Assembly (NCBI GenBank): GCA_001179505.1
Contig: CDMY01000348.1
Span: 1-64,000, forward strand
Direction of reading: 5' to 3'
Length of the DNA stretch: 64,000 nucleotides
Origin: Vitrella brassicaformis CCMP3155
Lineage: Eukaryota > Protista > Chromerida
The first letter of the stretch is position 1. The number at the start of each line of letters is the position of its first letter. A program made the translations under genes and the position numbers. The notes under the pieces were generated by a model. The model made no database searches, was not told the DNA's origin, and saw only the letters and a list, made by a program, of their open reading frames with translations. Below, one piece after another: positions 11,501 to 22,800 of the stretch.

Positions 11501-14500
11501 GCACGCAGTAGGTGTGGTAGGCCGCAGAGCAACGACGCTTGTCACACAACAGCAGAAGCTTCTCATTGTCGCCCTTGCCGCACTCCCAGCACCGCAACGA
11601 ATCATCTGAGCCACTGCCCGCCTCGTCGATGCCGCCGCTCTGGGCGTTTGGCAACTCACCATCCGCCAGCCCATTCAGATCCCTCCCCCTATGTGGCTGC
11701 TTGTGGCGGTGAACCATCTGCGTGCGACGGGGGCGAGACGGTGGGCACGGGCCACGTCCGTCCTGGGAGTCGCTGTCACGTCCCTCCCCACCGGATGATG
11801 GTGACGAAGAGCCCCGCCACTCTGAGTCTGAGGATGATCGGTATTCAGCAGCCCCTCGCTTGCCGCCACCGCTGGAAGGGAGGGCGCCTCGGGCCCTCTG
11901 GGTATCTGGAGGGCCTGATATCTCCTTCGCGTCGTCATTGTGCCGCTTCACTAAGGGACGCTTCCTTCGCCCCTTGCCCACCAGATGGCCGAGCCGGGGG
12001 ATGCTCTCATCAGATGACCCATCGTGGTGCCCATCGGCATCGCCCATGTGGTCGTCGAGCCAGCTGATGTCGATCAAGATAGCATCGCTGCCGAGGGCCT
12101 CAGTGAAGACCTCATTCCGGCGCAAAACACCCTGGCGAAAGGAGTTGACGATGTCGACACGGCGGATGGGGCGGCCCGTGAGCGATGTCATGTACTCACA
12201 CACGTCCTTGCCGTTCCGAGTGATGGCGACCTTGAACCGGTGGCCATGCTGGTGCCAGCTGATACCCAGCCTGAATGATGGCATGCCACACAAGGAGAAA
12301 ACGGTAGGTAAACAGAGGGCTTGTGTACGTGGATCGCGATCCTCACTCACCCGCCTCTGCCTTTGAATGTGTAGAGTTCCGGCTGCTCACGTCTTGTCCT
12401 CTCGATGAGCAGGTGTGCGAATGCGTCAACCTCTCTCGCACTGAGCCCCTTCGACCCGCCTCGATCGACGCCAGCTGAGCTGCCGGGGCAGCTGTCCTGC
12501 TGATCCCAATGCCGCGATGACGCCATGCTGCCGCCCCGCATATCGATGTCATTCTCCTGTGCAGCGGGGGGCGACGGCTGAGGGCGGGAAGCTTCGGCTC
12601 GACCGTGGCCGGCGGCAGAGTCGTGAGAAGAAGGTGGCTGATGGACGGGCTGGCTGTCGCCGCCCAGGGGTGTGTAGTGCCTCTCCTCCACCTCACGGCG
12701 GTATGCGATGGCTGCCTGTTTGGCAGGCTCATAGCCGAGCTTAGCGACGGAGAAGTGCTTGTTTATCCTCCTGCCGCCCTCCGACCAGGAAGCCACCCAG
12801 CGCTTGTATGTCTCGTCGTAGCTGACGCCCCGCACGCCGCTCTGGTGGCCAGATCTCTGCTTGCCTGCTGCTACCCGCCTGGTGCGCTCCATCTCACGAC
12901 GATGCCGCTCGGCCAACTCCTGATACACACAACACACACGAGAAGAACTTGACGATGGCAGTTGGCGTTGCTGTTGTCAGTACCTTTGCTTTGTCGAAGC
13001 CGTGCTCCTTGACGTAGAAGTACTTGTCTCCTGCTTGCCGTCGTTCTTTCTGCACCACTTCGCTTGCCAGTACTGACCCCGCTCAGACCAGTGGACGCCC
13101 TGCACGGCTGACTGATGCTCGGCAGGTTTGCGGCTGACGGTCTTGCCCTTGCCGGCCTTGCGCCTCGGCTGTCCGTCACGCGAAGACACGTCATCAGCCC
13201 AATCCATGTCGTCATCGCCACCAACACCTCCCAAATCCGCCCCGCCACCGTCATGATGCGTCGGACCCTTGGAGGCTGCACCAGCACTCGTGCCTTTGTC
13301 GACAGCATGCTTCTGTTTCGGCTGTGGGTGCAGATTGATGCGCCGCATTCCCATGCTGACTACACCGCCGCCGGCCGCAGTGTTGCAGTGCTGCGCTGCC
13401 TGGGCGAAGGCACGCAGGATGAGCCGGGATGAGGTCACGTCAGACACACTGAAGACACGCTCGTCGTGCCTGGCCTCCCCGTCTTGTCGGTAAGCCACGA
13501 AGGTGGCCTCCTCGCCGCGCCACTCGAGACCAAAACTGAGTGAAGCACACACCAAGGAAGAGGAAAATGAGTGGCCTTTCATGAGACTTCATCGTTCTGC
13601 CCACCTGTCGGCATCGTCTTGGTGTGCGTCCGCCAGCTGCCGCTGTGCCTGCTCCACCAGGCTGGCTGCCAGAGCATGGCCGCCCCCTTCACTCAGCTTC
13701 GCCGACACAATTCTTTCCTTCCCACCGCCTGACCTGTCGCGACGGCGTCTGGCCCCCGGTCGATGCGACAGCTGCTCGCCCTCACGACGGCGATGTGTCT
13801 CCGGTGTGGGTCGAATGGGAGGCGGCATGAGTTCATCCTGACTGTCCCTCCTGCTGCCCGCGTCTTCACGATGGCGCTTGGCTGCTGGCCGGTCGATGAG
13901 CAGCTCGTTCTCAGAGCTGGACGAGTCCGCTATTGGCCGCTCACTGACACGATAGGAGGGCCTGCATCTGTGGCGGCGCCCAGGCTGAATATGGGGCGCC
14001 ATGGGGTCATTGCTGTCGAGTGTGTGGTCACTGGGGTCCTCAGACAGAGACGGGGGCGGCATGGGCTTGCGCCTCGCTCCGCTGCGGCGGCGCGTCCGAG
14101 GTCGATTGCAGCCATGGGGACCGATGTCATCGAGCCAGCTGATGTCCAGGGGTGCGGAGGCCTCTCCCTCACTAGCAGTGCTCAGACGGTTGAGCTCCTC
14201 GACGGCGCGGCGAAAAGCGTCAATGACGGCCGAGCGGGAGCTGAGGTCGACCACCGGCACATCGAGAATGCGCTCAGCTGCACCCTCCCCGAGAGAGGAC
14301 GGCACACGGACACGGAAGCCGCCGTCCTGCCAACACAGCCCGCATGACCTGCCCGAAAAAAAAGAACCAATCCCACACACACATCACACACGTGACAAAT
14401 CTGGCCCTTCCTTGTCTGTCTTACTCGTCGCTGTTGAGGACTTCGACGAGGGCAGCTGCCAGGTCGCCGCCCTCCATCACACCCACGTGTGGCCTGCTGC

Positions 14501-16367
14501 TGGGGGGGCCGTGGCGGCGCGGCGAAAGAATCTCATCATCATCATCATCATCATTGTGGCGGCTGCGGGAACGGCTCTCTTCTCCCGTCGCCTCGGACTC
14601 TGAAGTGTGGCGCCGCTGCTCCATCTCTTGTCGGTATGCGATGGCCGCCTGTTTCGCCTTCTCGTAGCCCAGCTGGTTGATGGAGAAGGACTTGCTCCTC
14701 CTCCTGTCCCCCACCTGCCAGCTGGCCACCCATGCGTTGGCTCCCTTGTTGCAGTGGACGCCTCGCACGCCACTCTGGTGCTCCGACCGCTTCCTTGCTG
14801 CTGCCCTGCCCGTGCGCTCCATCTTGCGACGATGCTCCTCGGCCAACGCCTGAAGGAGCATCAGCATCACGTGTGCGGGCTGTGTTCTTTCTTGTCTCTT
14901 GCACCCAAGCTTTGTCGCCGTGCTTCTTGGCTTCAGTACCTTAGCTTTGTCAAAGCCGTGCTCCTTGACGTGGAACCGCTTGTTCTTGGGGTCCCCTCTC
15001 TCGTTCCACGATGACACCCAGACCATGCCCTTTTTCGCCCAGAAGACGCCCGGCACGTCAGACTGGTACCTGCCCTCGGTGCCATCGGGCTCCTTCTCGG
15101 GCGTGGGCGGCGGGGCCCCGTCGTGGGCTGAGGGGCTGCTGTCGAGCGGATGTGTGTGGCGATCCTTCAGCAACGGGCTGCGATCAGTGGCTGGCTCCTC
15201 ATCGGCGGGCCCTGACAGCTGGGTCAGGTCAGCTGCCTCCACGGTGGGTCGTGGCCTGTTCCTGTGATGACCCTTCTCGGCTGACGCCTTCTTGGCTGAC
15301 AAACCTGAAGAAGACAAACAATACCGACAGCCGCAATGGCTGAATGCCGATCGAGGATGGGAACGGTGTGGCTGTTGACCTCTGTCGGGAGGTGGCTCAG
15401 ACGTCCCACCACCAGTAGGGGGCGTACTCGAGGGACCGGGGGCCCTGACGGCCACCGCGTCGGTGGCGCAGCCAGGAGCGCCGCTCGACTCTGCACACAT
15501 GACAACGCAACACATGCACACGATGATACGTATCGTCCTCTCAGCTGTCTTCCGTCCTTGTCCGGGCTTACTTGGTGGACGTGTCCACTCTATGACGGTC
15601 CGCTCGACGCCATCGATGACGTCAGACACACTCTCAAAGCGATCGTCGGTGTCTGCCGTGCCGTTGTGGACGGCCAGCAGAAGACCCCCCAATATGCTCG
15701 TGTCCCACCCCCTCCCGCCGTGGTGACGGCTGACAACCCCCCGCACCCACACCGGAGGCCGATTGTCCCCATACCCCCGCCATGCCGTCACCGTATACCG
15801 CTGACCGTCGCCCTCGCCGGTAACACTGAACTCAAAACCATCGTACTCGGGCAAGTATTTGTTGCACAGCACCTCCACGAGGGGAGTTGCTGTGGGTGCG
15901 CCCGCTCCACTCGTGGATGAGCTGCCCACTTCCATTCTCGTCGGACCATCGTGTGGTGTGTGGTGCTGAGGGGTGGGGGAGCGATGCTGTCCTGCTGAGA
16001 TGACGCTCTTGTGTGCTTCTGGTGATGGTGGGTCTGCGGGTGCTGGTGTTGGTGCGCCTCGTTTGACAGCCGCGGGGACGAGACCAGTACGGACAGTTGC
16101 TGCTGCATCAGTCTGCCGCGGCTGGCTTGCTGATGCCGCATGGGATTCAGAGCCCGCGTATAGCTGTTGTGCAGCTGCTTCTGACGGTGGGTGAGGCGCC
16201 TCCGCGTCAAGAATGGATGAACGGTTGTGCTGATGTGTTCCCACTGCTGGTGCAGCCAATAATGACGGCCCATGAGTGGCTGAGGCTGCTTCTTCTGGTG
16301 CAGCTCGAGAGCCGTCCTCAGCAGCTGATGGTGCGGCGCCGGGAGGATGAGTATGTTGACTCGCCAT
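8514..16367 (-). CDS. Giant ApiAP2-type transcription factor: 6 canonical AP2, ~6 divergent AP2-like, PHD finger, 2 SAM-like; one apparent frameshift
   Basis: ORFs 14421-16373, 13589-14380, 12977-13582, 12347-12937, 11211-12350, 9151-11214, 8632-9072 and 8514-8834 join through GT-AG introns of consistent phase. AP2 signature e.g. HQSGVRGVSYDETYKRWVASWSEGGRRINKHFSVAKLGYEPAKQAAIAYR. Confidence 0.85.
8540..9270 (-). other. Two tandem SAM-like domains
   Basis: Spliced FDELTKVQLVELL...VADNIM|ALDIVSALSLLDML...DEDIGRDLGLPKGIALVIIAQL, and LWDSARLVSAI...VIDKIKE|YGISGMSMSLL. Pattern match by eye. Confidence 0.6.
10310..10739 (-). other. AP2 doublet 3
   Basis: HQSDVSGVHWCEQHQAWLAKW...YFYVRKHGFDKAK|GLAEQHR and HQSGVEGVSYHKKVNAWQVSW...FYVKQLGFEGAKEAAIAHR. 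Confidence 0.92.
11457..11592 (-). other. PHD finger (C4HC3)
   Basis: CWECGKGDNEKLLLLCDKRRCSAAYHTYCVQLTAVPEGQWLCPKC. Confidence 0.95.
12685..13118 (-). other. AP2 doublet 2 (first domain frameshifted)
   Basis: HQSAVQGVHWSERGQYWQAKW... and HQSGVRGVSYDETYKRWVASW... Confidence 0.9.
14620..15070 (-). other. AP2 doublet 1
   Basis: YQSDVPGVFW...KRFHVKEHGFDKAK|ALAEEHR and HQSGVRGVHC...KSFSINQLGYEKAKQAAIAYR. Confidence 0.92.
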
Positions 16368-16593
16368 CGTCACTTTTGTTGCTGCCGTCGCGTCGGCTTG
16401 CTCATAGGCCCTCCCTTGGCGCCGTCATGGGCACAGATAACGGTAGATGCGGTGTCTGACGTTGACTCGATGAAGCAGCCGACAGCAAAACCGCCAGATC
16501 TCTGCTCAATTGTAGGAGATCTGGGGAAGAGGCGGACTCTTTGCCGGGGGGAGTCACAATTGCTCAGTCAACCGATTCCACCGCATGGCGATC

Positions 16594-16602
16594 TGCGAGC
16601 TC
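16594..16602 (-). promoter_or_regulatory. RAGCTCGCR motif (GAGCTCGCA)
   Basis: TGCGAGCTC on the + strand, in divergent gap 16368-16653. Confidence 0.5.
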
Positions 16603-16653
16603 AAAATTCTCGCGGCCGGAGATCTTTCGCACCTTTCTCTCACGGTGACGCAG

Positions 16654-19218
16654 ATGCTTCCCTTGCAGAGTTGTGCGCTCAGACGCCTGACCAGGATCAT
16701 CCACTCCAACGACATTCGGTGCGCCTCGTCAGCAGCTCTATCCATCACCGAGGCCGCACGAGAGCACTCTGCCGCACCAGGCCCTCCCCATGCCTACGAT
16801 GCAACACCCGCGCCAGCCACGCAAGCCCCTTCCCCCGCTCCCATTTCCCCCTCCCTGAGTGACGCTGGTGCTGTGACCGTGGTGCACATGGCAGGGCGGC
16901 TGGCGTCGTCAACTACAGATGAGTCCAGCACTCAGCTGTCGGCCCACGAGATCATCGACAGGTGGAAGGCGCTCTCAGCCCGAGCCGTTGCACTCATCGA
17001 CCGGGGCGCACCGCTGCACGAGCTGACCTTCCTGCTGCTGCATCTTGCAGAGGCGGACCTCAGCCCAACTCAGCGGAGAGCTCTGGCCTTCCCATCTCGG
17101 TTCAAGGAGGCCCTACTGAAGGGCGAGAATGACACGGACAGCCTCAGCGAAGACGAGCTCGCCATTGCAGCCGACTGTCTTCAGCAATTGCGGCTGACGG
17201 ACAAGTCCACAGCTCTCTTCTTCTACCGCCGCTTCGGCGCGACTCTCCGGTTCCGCCAGCTGAGCGTGCGAAACCTGGTGCGGCTGTCGCATGGGATGCG
17301 TCAGTTTCGGTTCTTGTACCCTGTGAAGCGGCAATTCGTGGAGAAGCTGATGCGTGTGCTGCTCAAGAGGCGGGGCGAGCTGCAGGAGAGCCAGCTGCTG
17401 GTGGATGGGCTGCTGGCGGTCGGGAGGATGACCAAAGTCAACCCTGCTACATGTGGAAAGATACAGGTGAGAAAGAAACGACAAGAGAGAAATGGCAGCT
17501 AGTCGAAAGGTCTCTCGTCCTGGTCGTCACATCCAGGAGCTGTTGGCTTCCCACGTGCCCCGCATGGTGATCGAGGAGCTGGCTCTCGTGCCGTCCGTCA
17601 CGGCCGCCCTCGACCTCACAGACGAGGAGTTCTTCACCACGTACACCAACCACCTCGTCCAATCGTTGCCCATCCTCTCGTCGCGCGAGCTGCTTCTCGT
17701 CTTCCGAGGCCTCCTTCACTCTCGCGTCGGCCCGGCAGGCACCCGCCGGGCAGGGCTGCCCGCATTCCTGCAAGACGTCTTGTCGCCCCGGCTGTCCAGG
17801 CTAAGTGGGGCTGTGTTGGTCCGCCTGGCAGTGGTGTGCAGTCGGCTGGCGTGGTCACACCCCGGGCAGCGACAGCTCTGCCGCAGCGATCAGGCCATCA
17901 GGGAGGGGCTGAGTGTGTTCGTGTCGCGGCTGTTCGAGCGGATGGGGGCCATCCTGAATGTCATTAGCGGCCGGCAGCTGGTGATGGTGGCCAACGCTGC
18001 CGCCCACCTGGACGAGTATTGGACGAGGGATGCCGCAAAGAGGCGGCACTTTCTGGAGGCGCTTTACCGGGAGATTGCGTGTCAGCTGCGGCTGGTGGTC
18101 CTCCCCAATCGGCAGATGGAGCCGACAGCAGCAGAAGGAGGGGGAGTGATGACCGTCTACACGTCCCACGACCTCGCCGTCCTGCTGCGGGCCTTCTCCT
18201 TCTCAATGCATGCCCTTATCGGCTCACCAGATGAGGGCCAGAAGGCTCTCACGGCCTGCCAGGACTTCCTGACAGGATTGTTCAAGAAGGTCTGGGAGTT
18301 CCGTCGCACCAGTGTGGAGAGCTTTCACGAGGAGGATCTCGATGTGTTGGTTGCGTCGGCTTCACGCATCGTCCGGTGTGCTGCCGCAGCTGTGGAAGCT
18401 GACGACAGCCTCCTGGGCGATCCGGCATCGAATTTGGCAAAAGGTTCGACGCTGGAGCAGCCATGTGTGGAGCCAGCCGTGGACTTCCTGATGCAGCTTG
18501 AAGCTGAGAGGGAGATTCCCAGACAGTGTGCACCGGATGCTCTCCTTGCAATGGTGAGTGAAGAGACTCACAGACCGACCGTATCTGTGATGACGTTTTG
18601 TGTGCGTTGTGCTGTGTTTGTAGGTGACCCTTTTGTGTGTGCGGCCCTCTCATCTGAGTCGCCTCTCCCCAACGGTGGCCTCGCTGATGCACACCAGCAT
18701 GCAGCAAGAGGCCAGACCAGACGAAGAAGGGGAGGAAGATTCACCGCAGGAACTGTCCAATGATGTCAGCTCTCTCGTCCCTCTGCGCGTCTGCCTCGTC
18801 GCTCATACCATCATGGACAGAGCCGAGCTGCCGGAGAGACCACCTAGCCCGCCAAGCGAGAGGAATGCGCGTCGCCCACCGGTGGATGGTAAGGCCATTG
18901 TCGATGCCATCTTGGATCGGCGGAGGGTGCTGCGCCCGGCTGACTTCGCATTCTGGGGCCAGGGGCGATTTGTGTCTGTGCTGAGGGGTGGGACAGCTGT
19001 CGAGGAGCTGATGGAGAGGCTGTGGGCGCACAAAGACGACCTGCAGGTGAGTGAGTGGATGGAATGAACACGTTCAGCTTTTTATGGTGTCAATGATGCG
19101 CTGCGTGAATATGCTTGTGTGTGTGTGTGTTCAGGATGACGTGACTCGCGAGGCGCTGATGGACCTGATGCTGGCACTGAGCAAGGACGATGCGGAAGGT
19201 GCGCAAGAGCTGCCTTGA
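16654..19218 (+). CDS. Helical-repeat (HPR/OPR-like) putative mitochondrial RNA-binding protein
   Basis: Arg/Ser-rich presequence MLPLQSCALRRLTRIIHS; repeats such as LSEDELAIAADCL, LSVRNLVRLSHGM, LSSRELLLVFRGL, ISGRQLVMVANAA, YTSHDLAVLLRAF; GT-AG introns near 17468, 18554 and 19048. Confidence 0.7.
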
Positions 19219-19654
19219 CGGATGGATGGATGTGTGGAGCGGCGGACGGGTGTGTGGGTGGGTGTGGTGGATCATGAGAATCCCATGCACCTACCTCACC
19301 GGTATGTATTGTCTGTTTCATTCGTCGTGTATGCCTGTACTCGGATCGATATCATCCACGCATTCACCGGCACGACGGAGCACACACAACGGGGCTGTGC
19401 TTGGTCATATCGGTGAGTGCTGCAAAGTCATCGATCTGAGTCACGGATACCCACGCACATCACACTCATCCATCATCGACAGACACCATTCATTCATTGA
19501 CTGGACCCAGTTCGTCAACATGTCCGATGGATAGATAAATGACACGGAATCGCATCGCATGTCTCTCTCTCACACACACTCACACACACACTGCACTCTT
19601 ACCTACCTACGGTGCGGTGCCTGCCTACACAAACAATGCGGACACTGCCTGCCT

Positions 19655-19690
19655 GCCTGATGAAATCACGCAGCCTGATGAAATCACGCA
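19655..19690. repeat. 18-bp perfect tandem duplication (GCCTGATGAAATCACGCA x2)
   Basis: Seen directly, in the convergent 3' region. Confidence 0.9.
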
Positions 19691-19861
19691 CGCACATGAC
19701 ATCAATGGATAAAATGATAGACGGAGCTGAGCTACTTACAGAAACACATACAGACATACATAACACAAAAGAGCCCTACCTACCGTTCTTACCGATCCAC
19801 ACAGCTAGCTGGCCAGCCGCTTGCAAACAACACAACAGCGCCGTTCTTGACACGAATCATA

Positions 19862-22800
19862 TCATGCACTCTCGTCTTTCGCGTCTCTCCCCACCCCCTC
19901 TGCGCCTTTGCCTGGGGTGCCAGCCGACAAACTCTGGTGGCTCTGCATCAGCAGAGGCGGTATCTCGCCCTCCCCCCACCCCTCCCACCCCCGCAACCGA
20001 CCGAACATCTGCAGTCGTCTTCTCATGCGGTGCTTGGGCAGCCGCTTCATCGAGTACAGCCCCGTGTAGACCTCCTCCACCGACAGATGGAATGCCGCAC
20101 TACCACCAGGTGTAGTTGGAGTTGGTGCGTAGCCGTCGCCCCTCTCCCTCCCTCCCTCTCTGTCTCCTCCAAGGGACTCCAATTGGGACGGGCTCATGAC
20201 AAGTGGGGGACCACCCCGCCCAGCAGCACCACCAGAAGCAGCAGCACCAGGCACCGACTTGGCCTCTGTCGGCACGACCGAGTCGCCTTCCATCACCATG
20301 GCCAGCGTCGTCGCATTGGATGGGGTGGCGTGAGCAGGGTGGGCAGGGAGGGCACTCATGGATCTGCGTGGGATGGGGGTGAAGGACAGCGACGGCTGGG
20401 GGGTAAGCTCGGGTGGAGAGGGGGCAGGAGTTGGAGGGCGTGAGGGGCCGTCGCTTGGTGTGGGAGATGGTGGTTGTGGCTGTGGCTGTGGTGCGTCTGG
20501 CGGCCTGAGCTCCGCGGGCAGGACGTCGGTGATGGATCTGGGGAACCGGAACGTCAGCATGGCCATCACCTCCAGCTCGTCCTCACGCCTCTCCTGCAAA
20601 GAGAGGGACAAGCCAACCAACACGCACATCCATGCAGCACACCCCCCTCCCCGCTGGTCGGTCACTCACTGACCTCCTCTTCTCGGTCGAAGGGATCTTT
20701 GAATGTCAGCCCCGACGCACGAGAATAGAAGAGGCTCGTCTTGCGTGAGGCCGTCATCATCTGGCCGTCATCCGCCATGTCCGTCGTGTCCACCACCACA
20801 GCCGACGGCCCCCCGCGCGAATGCAGCGAGCCGCCCCGCCTGAACAGCGGTTTGAGTCCAAGGGATTCCAGCTGCCCGGTGCGCTTCCACACGAGTATCT
20901 GCCGAAAGCAGAATTCCATCCAGTCGAAGGGCAAAGACTCCAGCAGAAGGGTGTTCACGAAATAGTCCAGCATCTCGCACAGCAGAAGGGTGAAAAAGCG
21001 CCGCTCCTGCGCGCCATCGACCTTGACTGCGGCTGTGGATCTGCCGGTCTCCCTCTCCTCATTTGCTGCTCGTCGGTGGCGCAGGAAGAAGTTCCTGATC
21101 CAGCCCCAGATAGATCTTGCATCTGGGTTGGCGGGGTCTCGGTCTCTCCTCCTCTGCACGACGGTGAAGGTCCGCTGGATGAAGTCGATGTTGACGCGTG
21201 GCGCCCTGGATCGCTTCTTCTGCCGTGCTTCATTGCCGCAGAGCCTCGTCCACAGGGGGTGGGGCGTCTCCTTGTTGCTGCTCTTCTTAGTCTTTTTGCT
21301 GCTGAGTGGCGACACGAGCTTCCTTGTCCAAATCCGGAGGGTCTCGGACGAGAAGAGGAAGATGCCGAGGACGTAGACGATGAAGCCCACACATCCCGCG
21401 AAGATGAGGAAGCCCAGGAAGCGGCTGAAGACCTCATCAGGACCGGCAAGGATGACGACGGAGAGCATGAGCACCGACATGAGCCACACGAACAAAGCGA
21501 AGGTCTCGACGTGATGCAGACGCTCTGCAGACAACAAACAGCAGGCTGTCAGTTGCGCTCTGTGTGTGTGGGGGGGGAGGTTCTTACTCACCGAATTTGG
21601 CTGAGTCATACGGCTTGTTGTAGAGGTGCAGGGTGAGCGCAAAGGCGGCCACAAGCGCATAGAAGCCCAGTCGGGGTGCGACCCCGTCAGCCGATGGGCT
21701 GATGGCCATCACCAGCAGGACGCAGAACTTGCGGACGACGATCACCGTTTCCCAGTACCACCTTGAGGGCTTGTACTCCTTATACAGGAAGCCGAAGGGC
21801 CGTCTGACGTCCTGGTTGTTGAGGTGGTCCACCTGTCTGCCCACCAGGATGAAGGCGATGAGCGGCGTGCCCACGCCCCAGACCAGCAGCCCCACGCCGC
21901 CGATCCACGCCGCCGAGGCGTGAACACCCTGGGGACACACACACACACACACACACACGTACAGCAGGGAGGCAGGGATGCGGTGTGTGTGTGTGTGTGG
22001 GAGGGGACGGACCTTGTAGCACTGTGCGTTGAGGTGTGCGGCGAGGTGGAGCTCTCGCCGGATGGACTGCACCTCAAAGGGGCTGGCGAGGGCTGCGTCG
22101 CCCTCAGGGGAGTAGGGCACATCCAGCCAACGACAATTGAAGGGGCGCAGCATCTGTCAGTCATGTCAGCCAACAATCCAGCCGCCAACAGGGAGGGAGG
22201 GCAATCAATAAGCACACCGCACACGTCAGGAAGGATCCACTGCACTGCCTTGGTGCTTGCCTGTGTGACGACGATTGGGTAGATGAGAAACAAGGCGATG
22301 ATGAGCACTGGAGTCGTGTCCTTCAGGAAGTCCTTCAGCCGCTCCCCACACCCTTTGACAGCCGTCTCCTTCACGCCGCTGGTCTCATCCACCACATCCA
22401 ATGAAGGCTGCAGATGGTAGATCCGCCATATCCCCAACAGCCGCTGGCCCCCACCCCCAGCACCAGAAGGGTTCACATGCGACTTGAAGCTCAGCTTGAA
22501 GCTGTTGTTCTCTGACACAGTGCTCGACGTGTTGTAGGCTGGCAGATGATGCTCGTGGTCAGGGGGCGAGGTGCTCTTGTGGTGGTGGTGGAGGTGGTGG
22601 GTGCTGCGACGAAGAGACTTGAGCAGCGACCTGGGTATGCTCAGCCAATGGGAGGTGCCCGAGGGAGTCTGTGGCCTGCTGGCGGGGCGAGAGGGCGAGG
22701 ACGGGCGTGTGGCCAGGGTGGCGATAGAGCAGATGAGGAAGCTGATGAAGATGACGCAGAAGGCGATCAGGAAGGGCGAGAAGAACCATCCCAATGTCAC

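Noticed and set aside
8514-16373. Cluster of 5-6 separate AP2 genes
   Set aside because: Each ORF stop lies just inside a GT-initiated intron with a phase-matched AG acceptor, so a single gene is more parsimonious.
19655-19730. C/D box snoRNA (TGATGA ... CTGA)
   Set aside because: The boxes arise from an 18-bp tandem duplication; there is no terminal stem and no rRNA complementarity that I recognise.
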